Positions 27,323 through 36,191 of a stretch of 64,000 nt of DNA are shown piece by piece. The notes below the pieces were generated by a model, which worked only from the letters and a program-made list of their open reading frames with translations, ran no database searches and had not been told where the DNA came from. How positions within the stretch are numbered: position 1 is the first letter of the stretch; the number at the start of each line of letters is the position of its first letter. This DNA comes from Candidatus Moraniibacteriota bacterium (GTDB taxonomy: Bacteria; Patescibacteriota; Minisyncoccia; Moranbacterales; UBA1568): the NCBI GenBank assembly GCA_013334575.1, contig JAAXXG010000003.1, positions 12,699 through 76,698 of the forward strand. Direction: 5' to 3'. Both the position numbers and the translations under genes were made by a program.

Positions 27323-27476
27323 TGCTCTGTAGAAATCATCTCTGCATCTCAGGCTTTCCGAGCTGTCATCCCGGGCTCGACCCGGGATCCAAGACATAGA
27401 TTCCGGCTCTTGCCCGGCGTATGCCCGGGTGGAGGCCGGAATGACCATCCTAGGACGGCTCTTTTCTGCAGCGCAT
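27323..27476 (-). repeat. M2 MITE-like structured element, inverted orientation
   Basis: It is the reverse complement of the 32012-32165 core (GTCATCCCGGGCTCGACCCGGGATCC...CCGGAATGAC). It is bounded by CTGTAGAAA/TTTCTGCAG-type termini. Confidence 0.6.
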
Positions 27477-27683
27477 GTCTGATTCCTTTTCGTTTATGCC
27501 GTTTCCGTTTCGACGGAAACGGATTAAAATCGCACGTATTTCCAGCGCTTCATTGAGATTGTTCGAAGCGGAGTATGCGACATGGCCTGAGAATGCGTGG
27601 AGGTAGGACATGATAACTGCTAAAATGAAATCAAAGGAAAACAAGAGCATTCGGAATACGTTATAGTACCTGAAAGGCAACAT

Positions 27684-28397
27684 ATGAAAACGATCATGCA
27701 AAACCGATCCTTTTTGTCCGGAATCCGTTTCGCGGCTTTCGCGTCCGCCGTTTTGACGTTCACGCCGACGCCGTTTTCCAGTCACGCATCCGCAGCAACC
27801 ACATGCTCTCCAACGGTTACGGTCACGGATACCGGGAAAACGTCCGTCAAACTCAAGGTCGCCTGTAGCAATCTCGTCAGTACGAAAGTAAGCGTGCGGT
27901 TATTGGCTACCAATGAGGAAACCGGCAAGGATTCGAAAAAAACGGTTACGGCGAAGCTTGGAAAAAAAGGGACGGTGACCATTAAACTCTCGGGACTCGA
28001 TTCGGCCACGGGCTATTCCTTCAAGGCGAAAGTGAAAAAGAACGGAGGTGCGTACGGGGCCTATTCCGATGTGGTCGAGGCGACGACCGAAGGGGCTGAT
28101 TACGATGTATCGATCGAAAAGATTAGCAGCATTACCGAGAGCTCCGCGAAACTCCGCATCACCTGCGAAGATCTCGAAGATGAGGATGTGACGCTGATGG
28201 TCGCGTACAAGAAAAAGACGTCCTGGTCGACGAAGACGTATACGCTGACTTTGGACGGCGACGGCGAAGGGGTGGTCACGGTCGACGGACTCAAGTCGGA
28301 TACGGCATACAGTTTCAAGACGAGGATCAAGAAGGACGATGATTCGATTTATTCCCGGTATTCGGAAGAGAAGTCGGCGACGACCGACGAAGATTGA
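27684..28397 (+). CDS. Secreted protein with two fibronectin-type-III-like repeats
   Basis: It has a signal peptide. Two ~90-aa repeats end GLDSATGYSFKAKVKK and GLKSDTAYSFKTRIKK. Confidence 0.55.
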   Translation: MKTIMQNRSFLSGIRFAAFASAVLTFTPTPFSSHASAATTCSPTVTVTDTGKTSVKLKVACSNLVSTKVSVRLLATNEETGKDSKKTVTAKLGKKGTVTIKLSGLDSATGYSFKAKVKKNGGAYGAYSDVVEATTEGADYDVSIEKISSITESSAKLRITCEDLEDEDVTLMVAYKKKTSWSTKTYTLTLDGDGEGVVTVDGLKSDTAYSFKTRIKKDDDSIYSRYSEEKSATTDED

Positions 28398-28419
28398 GGT
28401 ACTCATTGAACGAACACAT

Positions 28420-28770
28420 ATGACCGCTTCGCCTAGAGGGCTCTCGTTCGCCGCCGCAGGCATCGTCATGACGGCACTCATTATCGGCGGATGGTATGTC
28501 GTATTCAGAGATACCGATACGGTGAAAACCGGCTCGGTCGGCAAGGAGCGGGTTTCGGAAACGACTTCGCAGACGACTCCCTCAGCCGCTGTTTCCTCCG
28601 GGTCGGAACCGCAGGAGAAGGAGCTTCCGGCGAAAAGTACCGGCGTGCTCGTCGGTGCGTCGGCAATCCGGGATGAGTCCGACGATTCCGCCGCCCGAAA
28701 AACACAGGAGGATGATGAGGCCGATACCGATGACGGTATCTCCGTCGATGTGGAGACCGAGGAGGAATAA
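28420..28770 (+). CDS. Single-pass membrane protein with Ser/Thr-rich and acidic C-terminal tail (hypothetical)
   Basis: It starts MTASPRGLSFAAAGIVMTALIIGGWYVVF. An upstream GTG/ATG at 28339 is an alternative start. Confidence 0.4.
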   Translation: MTASPRGLSFAAAGIVMTALIIGGWYVVFRDTDTVKTGSVGKERVSETTSQTTPSAAVSSGSEPQEKELPAKSTGVLVGASAIRDESDDSAARKTQEDDEADTDDGISVDVETEEE

Positions 28771-28972
28771 CGGATTAGAATATTTCGTGGTTCCTACCGA
28801 TGATACCGAGCCTCTTTTTCTCGGGATAAGAAGGGGTCGGTATCGTTTATGAATGGCGGGTCCGGAGAGGGTGTCAGAAGCTTTTTTCTTGTCGCCGAGA
28901 GGCGATAGCACCGACGCGCCTGCCTGGCAACGGGTCAGGCGTTTTTCGATAAAACCCCTAAATTCCCGAAAA

Positions 28973-29038
28973 TCCTTGCCTTTTCGCCCAGGAAGGGTAT
29001 GGTGGAGGTGTTGGTGTCTAAAAAAGGTACCTGTCCAC
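28973..29038 (+). repeat. M1 promoter/leader repeat, copy 3
   Basis: It reads TCCTTGCCTTTTCGCCCAGGAAGGGTATGGTGGAGGTGTTGGTGTCTAAAAAAGGTACCTGTCC. Confidence 0.6.
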
Positions 29039-29167
29039 TTTTCTGTTTTGACCCCTTTTCTGTTTCGCAGGGGAATCCCTCTTTCTGCGAAAAACTCATA
29101 AGGGAGAGACTCGTGGTCTTCATGGAATGAGCAATCTAAATTGCCCGATTTGCATTTGGCATAAAGT

Positions 29168-30190
29168 ATGGAAAAATTCACCCGATTAACTCCGGAAAAT
29201 AAAACCTCAGGTATTGATAGGATACTGGGATTAGATCCTGAAGACGAGGTCGATATAAAAAAATATTTTTCGGAACTTTGTAAAAGAGAAAGCTTGGAAG
29301 TGTTTGCAAAAGAACCAAGTTTGGAGTTTAAAGAAATTTTTCCTAGCATAAATTCTTGTTTGCGAGAATTCCTTGAAGGATATGGAATAAGGCCTTTGGA
29401 TGTTTCATTATCTCAAATAGTATTTTTGGACAAGGAAAAACTTTCAGAAGGGCAGAGGTTATATTTTGAAAAAAGAAAAACAAACGCCTTTTATCATTCA
29501 AGATCGCAGAAAATCGTTCTTTTTAAGGATTGGAACGGGAATTCCAAACTAGCCGTTCTTCATGCGCTGGTGCATGAAATGGTTCATATGCAAGCTTTTG
29601 AAGCTTGGCAAAAAATTCCCAGGGAGCAAGAAGATGAAAGGGATTTCATTGTAAGTAAAGGTGATAGAAGTATACGTCTCGATCTCAGGAGATTAGGATT
29701 CAGGATGGTAGATAAAGATAGAGAAATTACGTATTTTCATGATTTAGATGAGGCGATTACCACGGAATTAACGATGCGTTTTGACTGGCAATATCTCGAA
29801 AGATTCCCCGAATTATCGGAGGAAATCAAAGAAAGAAGAGGTGTCATATTGGCGTACGCAAAAAGAAATAACTCTTCATTTGAACAAGAGAGAAGACATG
29901 TCGCGGAAATCGAGCATGAGCAATTGGAAAATGGAATAAAAAAAGTTAAGATAAATGGATATTCTTACGATCAAGAGCGAGAAAAATTCTTGATGCTGCT
30001 TGATGGGATATATAAAAATAGCTCGGAACGATTCGCCTCACCTGAAAATGTTTTCAAAGAATTTGCAACAGCGGCATTGACTGGAAATGTTTTGACAATC
30101 GCTCGCGTTATTGAGGGCGTGTATGGAAAGGGGTCTTTTCGCTATCTAGGCGAGAAAACGGCCGATAAAAGAAGCTCCGATACTGAATAG
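29168..30190 (+). CDS. Putative zinc metallopeptidase (HExxH), low-GC gene
   Basis: It has the motif AVLHALVHEMVHM (HEMVH). The gene is markedly AT-rich compared with its flanks. Confidence 0.4.
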   Translation: MEKFTRLTPENKTSGIDRILGLDPEDEVDIKKYFSELCKRESLEVFAKEPSLEFKEIFPSINSCLREFLEGYGIRPLDVSLSQIVFLDKEKLSEGQRLYFEKRKTNAFYHSRSQKIVLFKDWNGNSKLAVLHALVHEMVHMQAFEAWQKIPREQEDERDFIVSKGDRSIRLDLRRLGFRMVDKDREITYFHDLDEAITTELTMRFDWQYLERFPELSEEIKERRGVILAYAKRNNSSFEQERRHVAEIEHEQLENGIKKVKINGYSYDQEREKFLMLLDGIYKNSSERFASPENVFKEFATAALTGNVLTIARVIEGVYGKGSFRYLGEKTADKRSSDTE

Positions 30191-30567
30191 GTGGCCTATT
30201 CTCTTGAAATCATAAGATTGGATAGGCTCTTGAAAAAACTTTACAATGCGCAATATATTCGGGTTCCAGACCGAGGTAGTCCGCGCAGCGGGACAAGCGA
30301 CTCCGAGAGGGCCGCTTTTCCTCGCGGCGTTTCCGGCGGTTCGAAGGTGTCATTTCCGGCACAGAGGGACGAGCGATTCGCAGAGGGCTGTTTTTTCTTG
30401 CCGTTACGACATCGGCAGGCATCGTCGCCTGGAACCGGTTTTCCGGTTCCGGGAACGGGGTCTACAGTTGATATTTTCTCCGGGACGTGTTTTGCTGGAT
30501 CCGAGTCCTTTTTCGACAGTCCTTTCCAACTGTTTCCTGAAAACGGGAGACGCAGACAGAACGAATC

Positions 30568-30726
30568 ATGAATCAGAAGAAAACCGTATTCGCTTCCCTG
30601 GCGATCGTCGCCGTCGGGGTTTCCGGGTATTTCGCCGTCCGGGCGATCAGGCAGGCGATCGATATGGCGGGCGAGATGATCGCCTCGATTCCGTTCGCCT
30701 ATTCCTATGGCAGAAAGGAGGGGTAA
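30568..30726 (+). CDS. Small membrane protein (52 aa)
   Basis: MNQKKTVFASLAIVAVGVSGYFAV is a TM helix. A strong terminator follows at 30746-30780. Confidence 0.4.
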   Translation: MNQKKTVFASLAIVAVGVSGYFAVRAIRQAIDMAGEMIASIPFAYSYGRKEG

Positions 30727-30745
30727 GCTTCGGTCCCATGAAAAA

Positions 30746-30780
30746 ACGAGTGCACCCTCCGGCACTCGTTTTCTTTTTTT
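30746..30780 (+). terminator. Rho-independent terminator ACGAGTGC-accctccg-GCACTCGT followed by T9
   Basis: An 8-bp stem followed by a long T-run. Confidence 0.65.
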
Positions 30781-30854
30781 TGACGGAGGATCGGAAAAGG
30801 GCGTCGTATCCGAACAAGAGGGGACTGAACGGGACAAGTGTCTCCGGGATTCCT

Positions 30855-30926
30855 CCCGATTCTTGCTTTTCCGGCCCGGAGGGGTATGGTGGATATGTCA
30901 GTGTCCCATAAAAAAGGAACCTGACC
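30855..30926 (+). repeat. M1 promoter/leader repeat, copy 4 (variant B)
   Basis: It reads CCCGATTCTTGCTTTTCCGGCCCGGAGGGGTATGGTGGATATGTCAGTGTCCCATAAAAAAGGAACCTGACC. Confidence 0.6.
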
Positions 30927-31000
30927 TTTTTCTGCTCGTTCTTTTGTAAACCGACAGTCTTCGTAAGTGCGGAGATGGTGATCAATCCAAGGGAGGGAAG

Positions 31001-31765
31001 ATGAAAAACTGGGTTCTTGCGCCGCGACCATTCAACGGTTTCATGGTGTCTGTTACGGTCCTGCTCGGTTTTCATCTGACAGGACGGGATTGGAAGGAAG
31101 GATTTCCCTATTCAATAGTGGCGGCCATCCTGTATTCGGCTATCATCGTGTGGAACGATTACTGCGACCGCGAGATGGATCCTGCGAAGGGCAAACGATT
31201 CGCGAATGAACAGGGTGTCAGGTATCTTTCGTATGCCATTGTCTGGTGGGCGGTCTCACTCGCTTCCGTCGCGTGGCTCTGGATCGTACTCGGGTCGGGC
31301 CCCGGAATGCTCGCACTTGGTCTCGGGGTGTCCGGGTTTGGCTATACGTGGGCTCAGCGAAACGCGTTCGCGAAAAACGGACTGGTCGCGGTATGGACGG
31401 GGGCGGTAATGTTGTTTCCTGTGGTTTCCGGTGCGGACGTGATGCCGAAATCCCTGTGGCTGGTGGCTGTCCTGACACTTGCGAACTATGGCCGCGAAAT
31501 ACTGAAGGACGCTGAGGATGTTCATTGCGACACGGACAAGGACACCTTGGCGACGCGGTACGGTTCGTCGGTTTCTGCAATCGTCGCCTTGTTCCCGCTC
31601 GTGCTTGCGGCTGTCACGGCCGCAGTTGGCTTCGGGACAGCTGGTATCGTATATATCGTCTCATTTCTTGTCGCCGGGCTTCTCGGAGTGTGTGGACGGT
31701 ATCGTGAGTCCGTGACGTTTCTGAAGTACGGGTTGGCAATATCCGTTCCTGTCCTGTTCTTGTAA
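31001..31765 (+). CDS. UbiA-family aromatic/polyprenyl prenyltransferase
   Basis: It is eight-TM and carries the Asp-rich NDYCDREMD (NDxxDxxxD) motif. Confidence 0.65.
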   Translation: MKNWVLAPRPFNGFMVSVTVLLGFHLTGRDWKEGFPYSIVAAILYSAIIVWNDYCDREMDPAKGKRFANEQGVRYLSYAIVWWAVSLASVAWLWIVLGSGPGMLALGLGVSGFGYTWAQRNAFAKNGLVAVWTGAVMLFPVVSGADVMPKSLWLVAVLTLANYGREILKDAEDVHCDTDKDTLATRYGSSVSAIVALFPLVLAAVTAAVGFGTAGIVYIVSFLVAGLLGVCGRYRESVTFLKYGLAISVPVLFL

Positions 31766-31786
31766 TCATGAGGAGTCAGAAGAGGC

Positions 31787-31941
31787 ATGTCGAAAATCCG
31801 GCGTGCCTTTTCTCTTTTCATACCAAATCACTTTTTAGACGGAAAGAAAGACTTTCAAGAGCCTTTCTTTTTCGACGAGATCAGATTTTCGCGGTTACGG
31901 AAGGGAATTTTTCCGGTTTACGGGAGGAATCCTCTATCCTG
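31787..31941 (+). repeat. M0 repeat, copy 2
   Basis: It is a paralog of 27111-27250. Confidence 0.6.
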
Positions 31942-32011
31942 CCCGATTCTTGCCTTTTCGGCCCGGAGGGGTATGGTGGGGGTGTTGGTGTCTATAAAAA
32001 GGTACCTGACC
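31942..32011 (+). repeat. M1 promoter/leader repeat, copy 5
   Basis: It shares sequence with the other M1 copies. Confidence 0.6.
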
Positions 32012-32165
32012 TGCTCTGTAGAAAAGATCTTTGTAGGATTGTCATTCCGGCCTCCACCCGGGCATTCGCCGGGCAAGAGCCGGAATCTATGCCTTGGATC
32101 CCGGGTTTGACCCGGGATGACAGTACGGAAAATCTGAAACGCGGAGATGATTTCTACAGAGCATA
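32012..32165 (+). repeat. M2 MITE-like structured element, direct orientation
   Basis: Its termini are the inverted repeats CTGTAGAAA...TTTCTACAG. Internally it has two strong hairpins (ATTCCGGC...GCCGGAAT and ATCCCGGGtttgaCCCGGGAT). It is flanked by ACCTGACC on both sides. Confidence 0.6.
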
Positions 32166-32276
32166 CCTGACCCCTTTTCTGTTTTTGCGAGTCTTTCTTT
32201 TTCGACGAAACAGATTTTCGATATACAATGGAGGTATGAAGGAGGAGGATAAGCGAAATGGAAAGGATATTTCGAT

Positions 32277-33290
32277 ATGAGAGAAATTCCACGGTCTACG
32301 GAAAATAGGGAAGACCCGGTTTCTCCCTCGGAATCGTTCCTGAGGGAGTTCGTGTACGGAAACAGCGGCCTAAGCGAGTCCTCGAAAGCGTTTCTCGCGG
32401 AAAGGGTTGCCGTCGAAAAGCGTGGTCCATGGTCGGAAGCGGATTTTGTCCGGCGGGTCTACGAAAGCGGTGATCGGATAGTCGTCGAATTTCGGGATGG
32501 AGAAGCATATCTGTATCCTCCCTTGGGTATCAAGGCGGATGCTGACGATAATGCCGTAAGGGAAAAACGTTCCATGGAGCGGGACCTGAGGCCGATAGCC
32601 ACCACCGATTTTCAAAGGAAAATGACGGAAGTCGGTTTTGACGCTTCGGTTGTTGGGGAACTACTGAAACTCGTGCCGAGCTTGGGTCTGCGTGAAAACT
32701 CGGAAGCTCTGTTTCTTGGGCCTTCGAAGATGCCCCTTCAGTTTCTGGTCGCGAACGCGTGCGGTTCCGTAGAGGTTCTTGAGAAAAACGGCGAGCGTCG
32801 GGATTGGATTCGTGGTATGGCTGAATCGCTCGGAATTTCCGAAAAAATGAGGATCCGCGAACATGGAGAGGCAGAAATAGGCGCTGCTCGATTCGTGGAG
32901 GATTCGTATGATCTTATCGTCGCACTCAGCATACTCGATCTGGTCGGCGAGAGTCCCGAAGTCTACCGCCGTATGCTCAGGGCGGTGAGAGATGGAGGAA
33001 AGATAATAATCGGGCATCACGAGATGCTGTTCGGGGATCGGGAAAAATTGCTTCTCGAGCGGTATGCGGCAGACCTCAGGTACTCGGTTTTGGATCTCGG
33101 TATTTCGATCGATGACGGTCATGAACCGGGTGACCCATACTATAACCGGGAATCGTACCTGCTTCAGGTACTAAAACGAAAAGAGCGGAATGATACACCT
33201 TCGGGCGGGCGCCCCCGTGACCTTGTCGAGACATTACGTTTGTTTGCGGCGTTGGAAAGTCTGGGAGATGCCCGATCGCGGAAGGAATGA
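32277..33290 (+). CDS. Hypothetical protein (337 aa); weak class-I methyltransferase-like segment
   Basis: This long ORF has coding-like codon usage. YDLIVALSILDLVGESPEVYRRMLRAVRDGGKIIIG resembles the MTase motif III/IV region. Confidence 0.35.
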   Translation: MREIPRSTENREDPVSPSESFLREFVYGNSGLSESSKAFLAERVAVEKRGPWSEADFVRRVYESGDRIVVEFRDGEAYLYPPLGIKADADDNAVREKRSMERDLRPIATTDFQRKMTEVGFDASVVGELLKLVPSLGLRENSEALFLGPSKMPLQFLVANACGSVEVLEKNGERRDWIRGMAESLGISEKMRIREHGEAEIGAARFVEDSYDLIVALSILDLVGESPEVYRRMLRAVRDGGKIIIGHHEMLFGDREKLLLERYAADLRYSVLDLGISIDDGHEPGDPYYNRESYLLQVLKRKERNDTPSGGRPRDLVETLRLFAALESLGDARSRKE

Positions 33291-33349
33291 CATATTTTCG
33301 GAAAACGGCGGTATTCTTCGGAGAAAACGGACGGCGTATCGTTCCCTAG

Positions 33350-34228
33350 TCAATACCTTTGCATCACTTCTTCGGGTGTCTGGTACCCGATTCCCATATG
33401 AATCCGTTCCCCGTTGTAATACGGGAGGTATTTTGAAATTGCGTTTCTGAGCTTTGAAACGGAGCGTGGAACAAAGTCCAGGCACTCCTCCTGTATCGTA
33501 CGGTTGAACCGTTCCACATGCGCCTGATCGTTCGAGCGACGTTCCCTCGAGTGCCGGTGCGATATCCCGATTCGTTTCATCGCGTGCGTGAACCCGGTCG
33601 TGAACTCGGGTCCGTTGTCTGACTGGACCAACCGTATCTCAAACGGGGCCGATTCCCGGACCCGCCTCATGAACTCGACACTCTTTTTCGCCCCGATACG
33701 ATCCGTCGCCCAGGCAAAGCTCCACCTCGAGCAGAGATCAATCGCCGTATACACATAGACCCGTTCTCCCCTGGAAGACTGGAGGTGTATCGTATCGATT
33801 TCCACGAATGCTCCCGGATATGCGGCTTCCGGACGTCTCGTGTGGTCATGGGGTCGTTTCCAGGGAGAACGCTTCTTTGTCAGATGGCACCGGTCCAAGG
33901 TCCGCTGTACGGATGAGAGGGAAACCTTCATTCCGGCAGTCGTCAATTCATGATGGACCACCTGTCCGCACCGGTCATGTTCCAATCGTTTGTCGATGAT
34001 CGCCGAGACGATGTCTCGTGACAACGCTTTCGGATGATAGTGCGGCTTCGAAGACAGGGTCGGTATCGGTCCGACGTTCCGATGTTCCGCCTGCTTGGCC
34101 CACCGGATGATGGTGGACTGGTCATATCCGAAATATCTCGCCACTTCCCGGGAACTCTTTCCCGATCTGAGCATCTTCACCGCATCCCAGCGTACCTTCG
34201 GGATATTCGGGTTCGAGGAATATGCCAT
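33350..34228 (-). CDS. IS481-family DDE transposase (HTH plus rve integrase core)
   Basis: It has an N-terminal HTH (SSREVARYFGYDQSTIIRW) and an rve core with the D, D, E triad context (VEIDTIHL, YTAIDLCSRW, DNGPEF...HAMKRIGISHR). Confidence 0.75.
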   Translation of the reverse strand: MAYSSNPNIPKVRWDAVKMLRSGKSSREVARYFGYDQSTIIRWAKQAEHRNVGPIPTLSSKPHYHPKALSRDIVSAIIDKRLEHDRCGQVVHHELTTAGMKVSLSSVQRTLDRCHLTKKRSPWKRPHDHTRRPEAAYPGAFVEIDTIHLQSSRGERVYVYTAIDLCSRWSFAWATDRIGAKKSVEFMRRVRESAPFEIRLVQSDNGPEFTTGFTHAMKRIGISHRHSRERRSNDQAHVERFNRTIQEECLDFVPRSVSKLRNAISKYLPYYNGERIHMGIGYQTPEEVMQRY

Positions 34229-34277
34229 ATCTTTGCATGAGACGGGTCAGTCTAGCAGGTGATGCAAAGGTATTGAA
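33350..34277 (-). mobile_element. IS481-family insertion sequence (~0.93 kb) with 17-18-bp terminal inverted repeats (T)CAATACCTTTGCATCAC
   Basis: The left IR at 33350-33367 is the reverse complement of the right IR at 34259-34276. It encodes a single DDE transposase. Confidence 0.7.
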
Positions 34278-34282
34278 ACATT

Positions 34283-34311
34283 ACGAGGTCTTGACAAAAA
34301 AGACTATTTAA
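34283..34311 (+). promoter_or_regulatory. Sigma70-like promoter TTGACA-N17-TAATGT directly outside the IS right end
   Basis: A consensus -35 and a good -10 face the downstream 34460 gene. A structured leader follows. Confidence 0.5.
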
Positions 34312-34459
34312 GGTAATGTCTGTAACAGAATCTTTACATGGCTTTTCATCGATGGCCCATCCTATGCGAGTATTCGTCTCCGATGGGCCATCGACGAAAA
34401 CAATACTTCTGTCGCCCATGATGGCTGGTCGACGAAATTAGCTGAGAAAGGAGCTAATC

Positions 34460-35170
34460 ATGTATACGGAAAACTGTAATTTTAAGGTGGAGCTGCTCGT
34501 TCACGGGCGGCCTATAACGGAATACCTCCTCGGTGGTGACACGTTCGTCGAGGGACGGATGGGGTCGGAGTATGAGATCCGTATCACGAACTACAGCAGC
34601 AGAAATGCGGTCGCGGTCGTCAGCGTCGACGGTCTTTCCGTCATGAACGGCAAGCCCGCTTCCAGGGACGCTTCGGGGTACGTCCTCGAGCCGTTCGGGA
34701 ATGTCATCATTCCCGGCTGGCGTCTCAATAACGAAGGCGTCGCTCATTTCAAGTTCGGCGCGCTGCCGGAATCCTATGCCGAAAAGCAGGGAATGCCGGA
34801 GAATGTCGGGGCCATCGGCGTCGTCTTCTTCTTCGAGCGCAAGGCTCCGGAATTTCTGCCGAACTTCGATCTGCGGACAAAGGGGATTCGACCGCCGGTC
34901 ATGTACTCGGCGGCTCCGGGGTCGTACAGCGCGTCCATCGGTACCGAATTCGGCAGGCGGACCGAACACCGTGTCACGAATGTCAATTTCGACCGTGAGC
35001 CGTCTCCGGCGGCGGAGCTTGTGCTCCGCTACGACGAGGCGAGCAATCTCGAGTCGCGTGGCATCAGGCTGATCGGTTCGCATGTCGGCAGGGATGCGGT
35101 CCGTGAGGCGAGTCCGTTTCCCGCCGATATCGGCTGCGTCCCTCCCAGGGGATGGCACAGGAGAAAGTAA
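34460..35170 (+). CDS. Hypothetical protein (236 aa)
   Basis: A GGAG ribosome-binding site precedes the ATG. No recognised domain. Confidence 0.45.
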   Translation: MYTENCNFKVELLVHGRPITEYLLGGDTFVEGRMGSEYEIRITNYSSRNAVAVVSVDGLSVMNGKPASRDASGYVLEPFGNVIIPGWRLNNEGVAHFKFGALPESYAEKQGMPENVGAIGVVFFFERKAPEFLPNFDLRTKGIRPPVMYSAAPGSYSASIGTEFGRRTEHRVTNVNFDREPSPAAELVLRYDEASNLESRGIRLIGSHVGRDAVREASPFPADIGCVPPRGWHRRK

Positions 35171-35245
35171 GGCGATCGAATATTGAAATATCGAAGAGCT
35201 CGCAATGCGGGCTCTTTAATTTTACCCGGTACGAAAAAAGCCGGA

Positions 35246-35304
35246 TACCTTTTCAGCTCGGAAGGGTATTATGGGGGTGTAGGCGTCTAAAAAAATACCT
35301 GACC
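35246..35304 (+). repeat. M1-like degenerate repeat, copy 6a
   Basis: It reads ATACCTTTTCAGCTCGGAAGGGTATTATGGGGGTGTAGGCGTCTAAAAAAATACCTGACC. Confidence 0.45.
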
Positions 35305-35322
35305 TCTTTTCCGCTCCCCGAC

Positions 35323-35386
35323 TCCTTGCCTTTTCGGCCCGGAGGGGTATGGTGGAGGTGACGGTCTTTGCAAAAGGAATCCAGCC
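35323..35386 (+). repeat. M1 promoter/leader repeat, copy 6b
   Basis: It reads CTCCTTGCCTTTTCGGCCCGGAGGGGTATGGTGGAGGTGACGG... Confidence 0.55.
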
Positions 35387-35461
35387 TCTCTTTTTTGGTT
35401 GCGGGTGCTGAGTATGCCGCGTCGATATTTTGACGGAGTCGCACTTCCTGGAAATATCCGT

Positions 35462-36112
35462 ATGAAACTATATCTTTCATCATACAAACTTGGGAACGAT
35501 ATCGAGGCCCTGAAAGGGCTTGTCCCCGCCGGGAACAGGAAGACGGCATTCATCCCGAACGCTCTCGATTTTTCCACTGATTCCGAACGGCGGGAGAAGA
35601 GCGAACGATCCGATGTCGAGGATTTGTCCGCGTTGGGTCTCGAGGTGGAACGATTGGATCTGAGGGACTATTTCGGCCTGCAGTCGGAACTGGAAACGAA
35701 GCTCGGTGATTTCGGCGTCATCTGGGTACGCGGCGGAAACGCGTTCGTACTTCGGAAGGCGATGAAGAAAAGCGGTTTCGATGAAATACTCCGGCGTTTC
35801 GTGGGGAAGAAGGAATTATTGTACGGGGGATATAGCGCGGGAATCTGCGTGTTGTCACCAACGTTGGAAGGGATAGACCTTGTCGACGATCCTTATGTAG
35901 ACCCGTACGGAGACCCTTCCGCGGCGTCGTTCGAAGGCCTCGGAATCGTTGACTATTCCATAGTCCCTCATTATCGGTCCGATCATCCGGAATCGGCGAG
36001 TATCGAAAAGGTCGTCGAATATCTTGAAGAAAAAGGGATCCGATATAGGACGCTCCGGGACGGGGACGTGATAATCTCGGAGGTTTCGGAGGAGTCCGCT
36101 GTGCGGGTCTGA
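35462..36112 (+). CDS. Peptidase S51 (dipeptidase E/cyanophycinase-like), paralog 1
   Basis: It has the VRGGNAFVL motif and the nucleophile context YGGYSAGICV. An upstream in-frame ATG at 35399 is an alternative start. Confidence 0.65.
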   Translation: MKLYLSSYKLGNDIEALKGLVPAGNRKTAFIPNALDFSTDSERREKSERSDVEDLSALGLEVERLDLRDYFGLQSELETKLGDFGVIWVRGGNAFVLRKAMKKSGFDEILRRFVGKKELLYGGYSAGICVLSPTLEGIDLVDDPYVDPYGDPSAASFEGLGIVDYSIVPHYRSDHPESASIEKVVEYLEEKGIRYRTLRDGDVIISEVSEESAVRV

Positions 36113-36191
36113 ATGATGGTCGGGTGCGTCTGAGCGAGGAATCCGATTTAGGAGGTGGGGAATCGTGGAGAAGCATGCCGAGAGCTGAACT

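Noticed and set aside
30246-30911. 221-aa + ORF across the 30200-30560 repeat region
   Set aside because: It spans the tRNA-Ser-flank-like repeat, the small ORF 30568-30726, the terminator and an M1 element. It has no coding-like composition.
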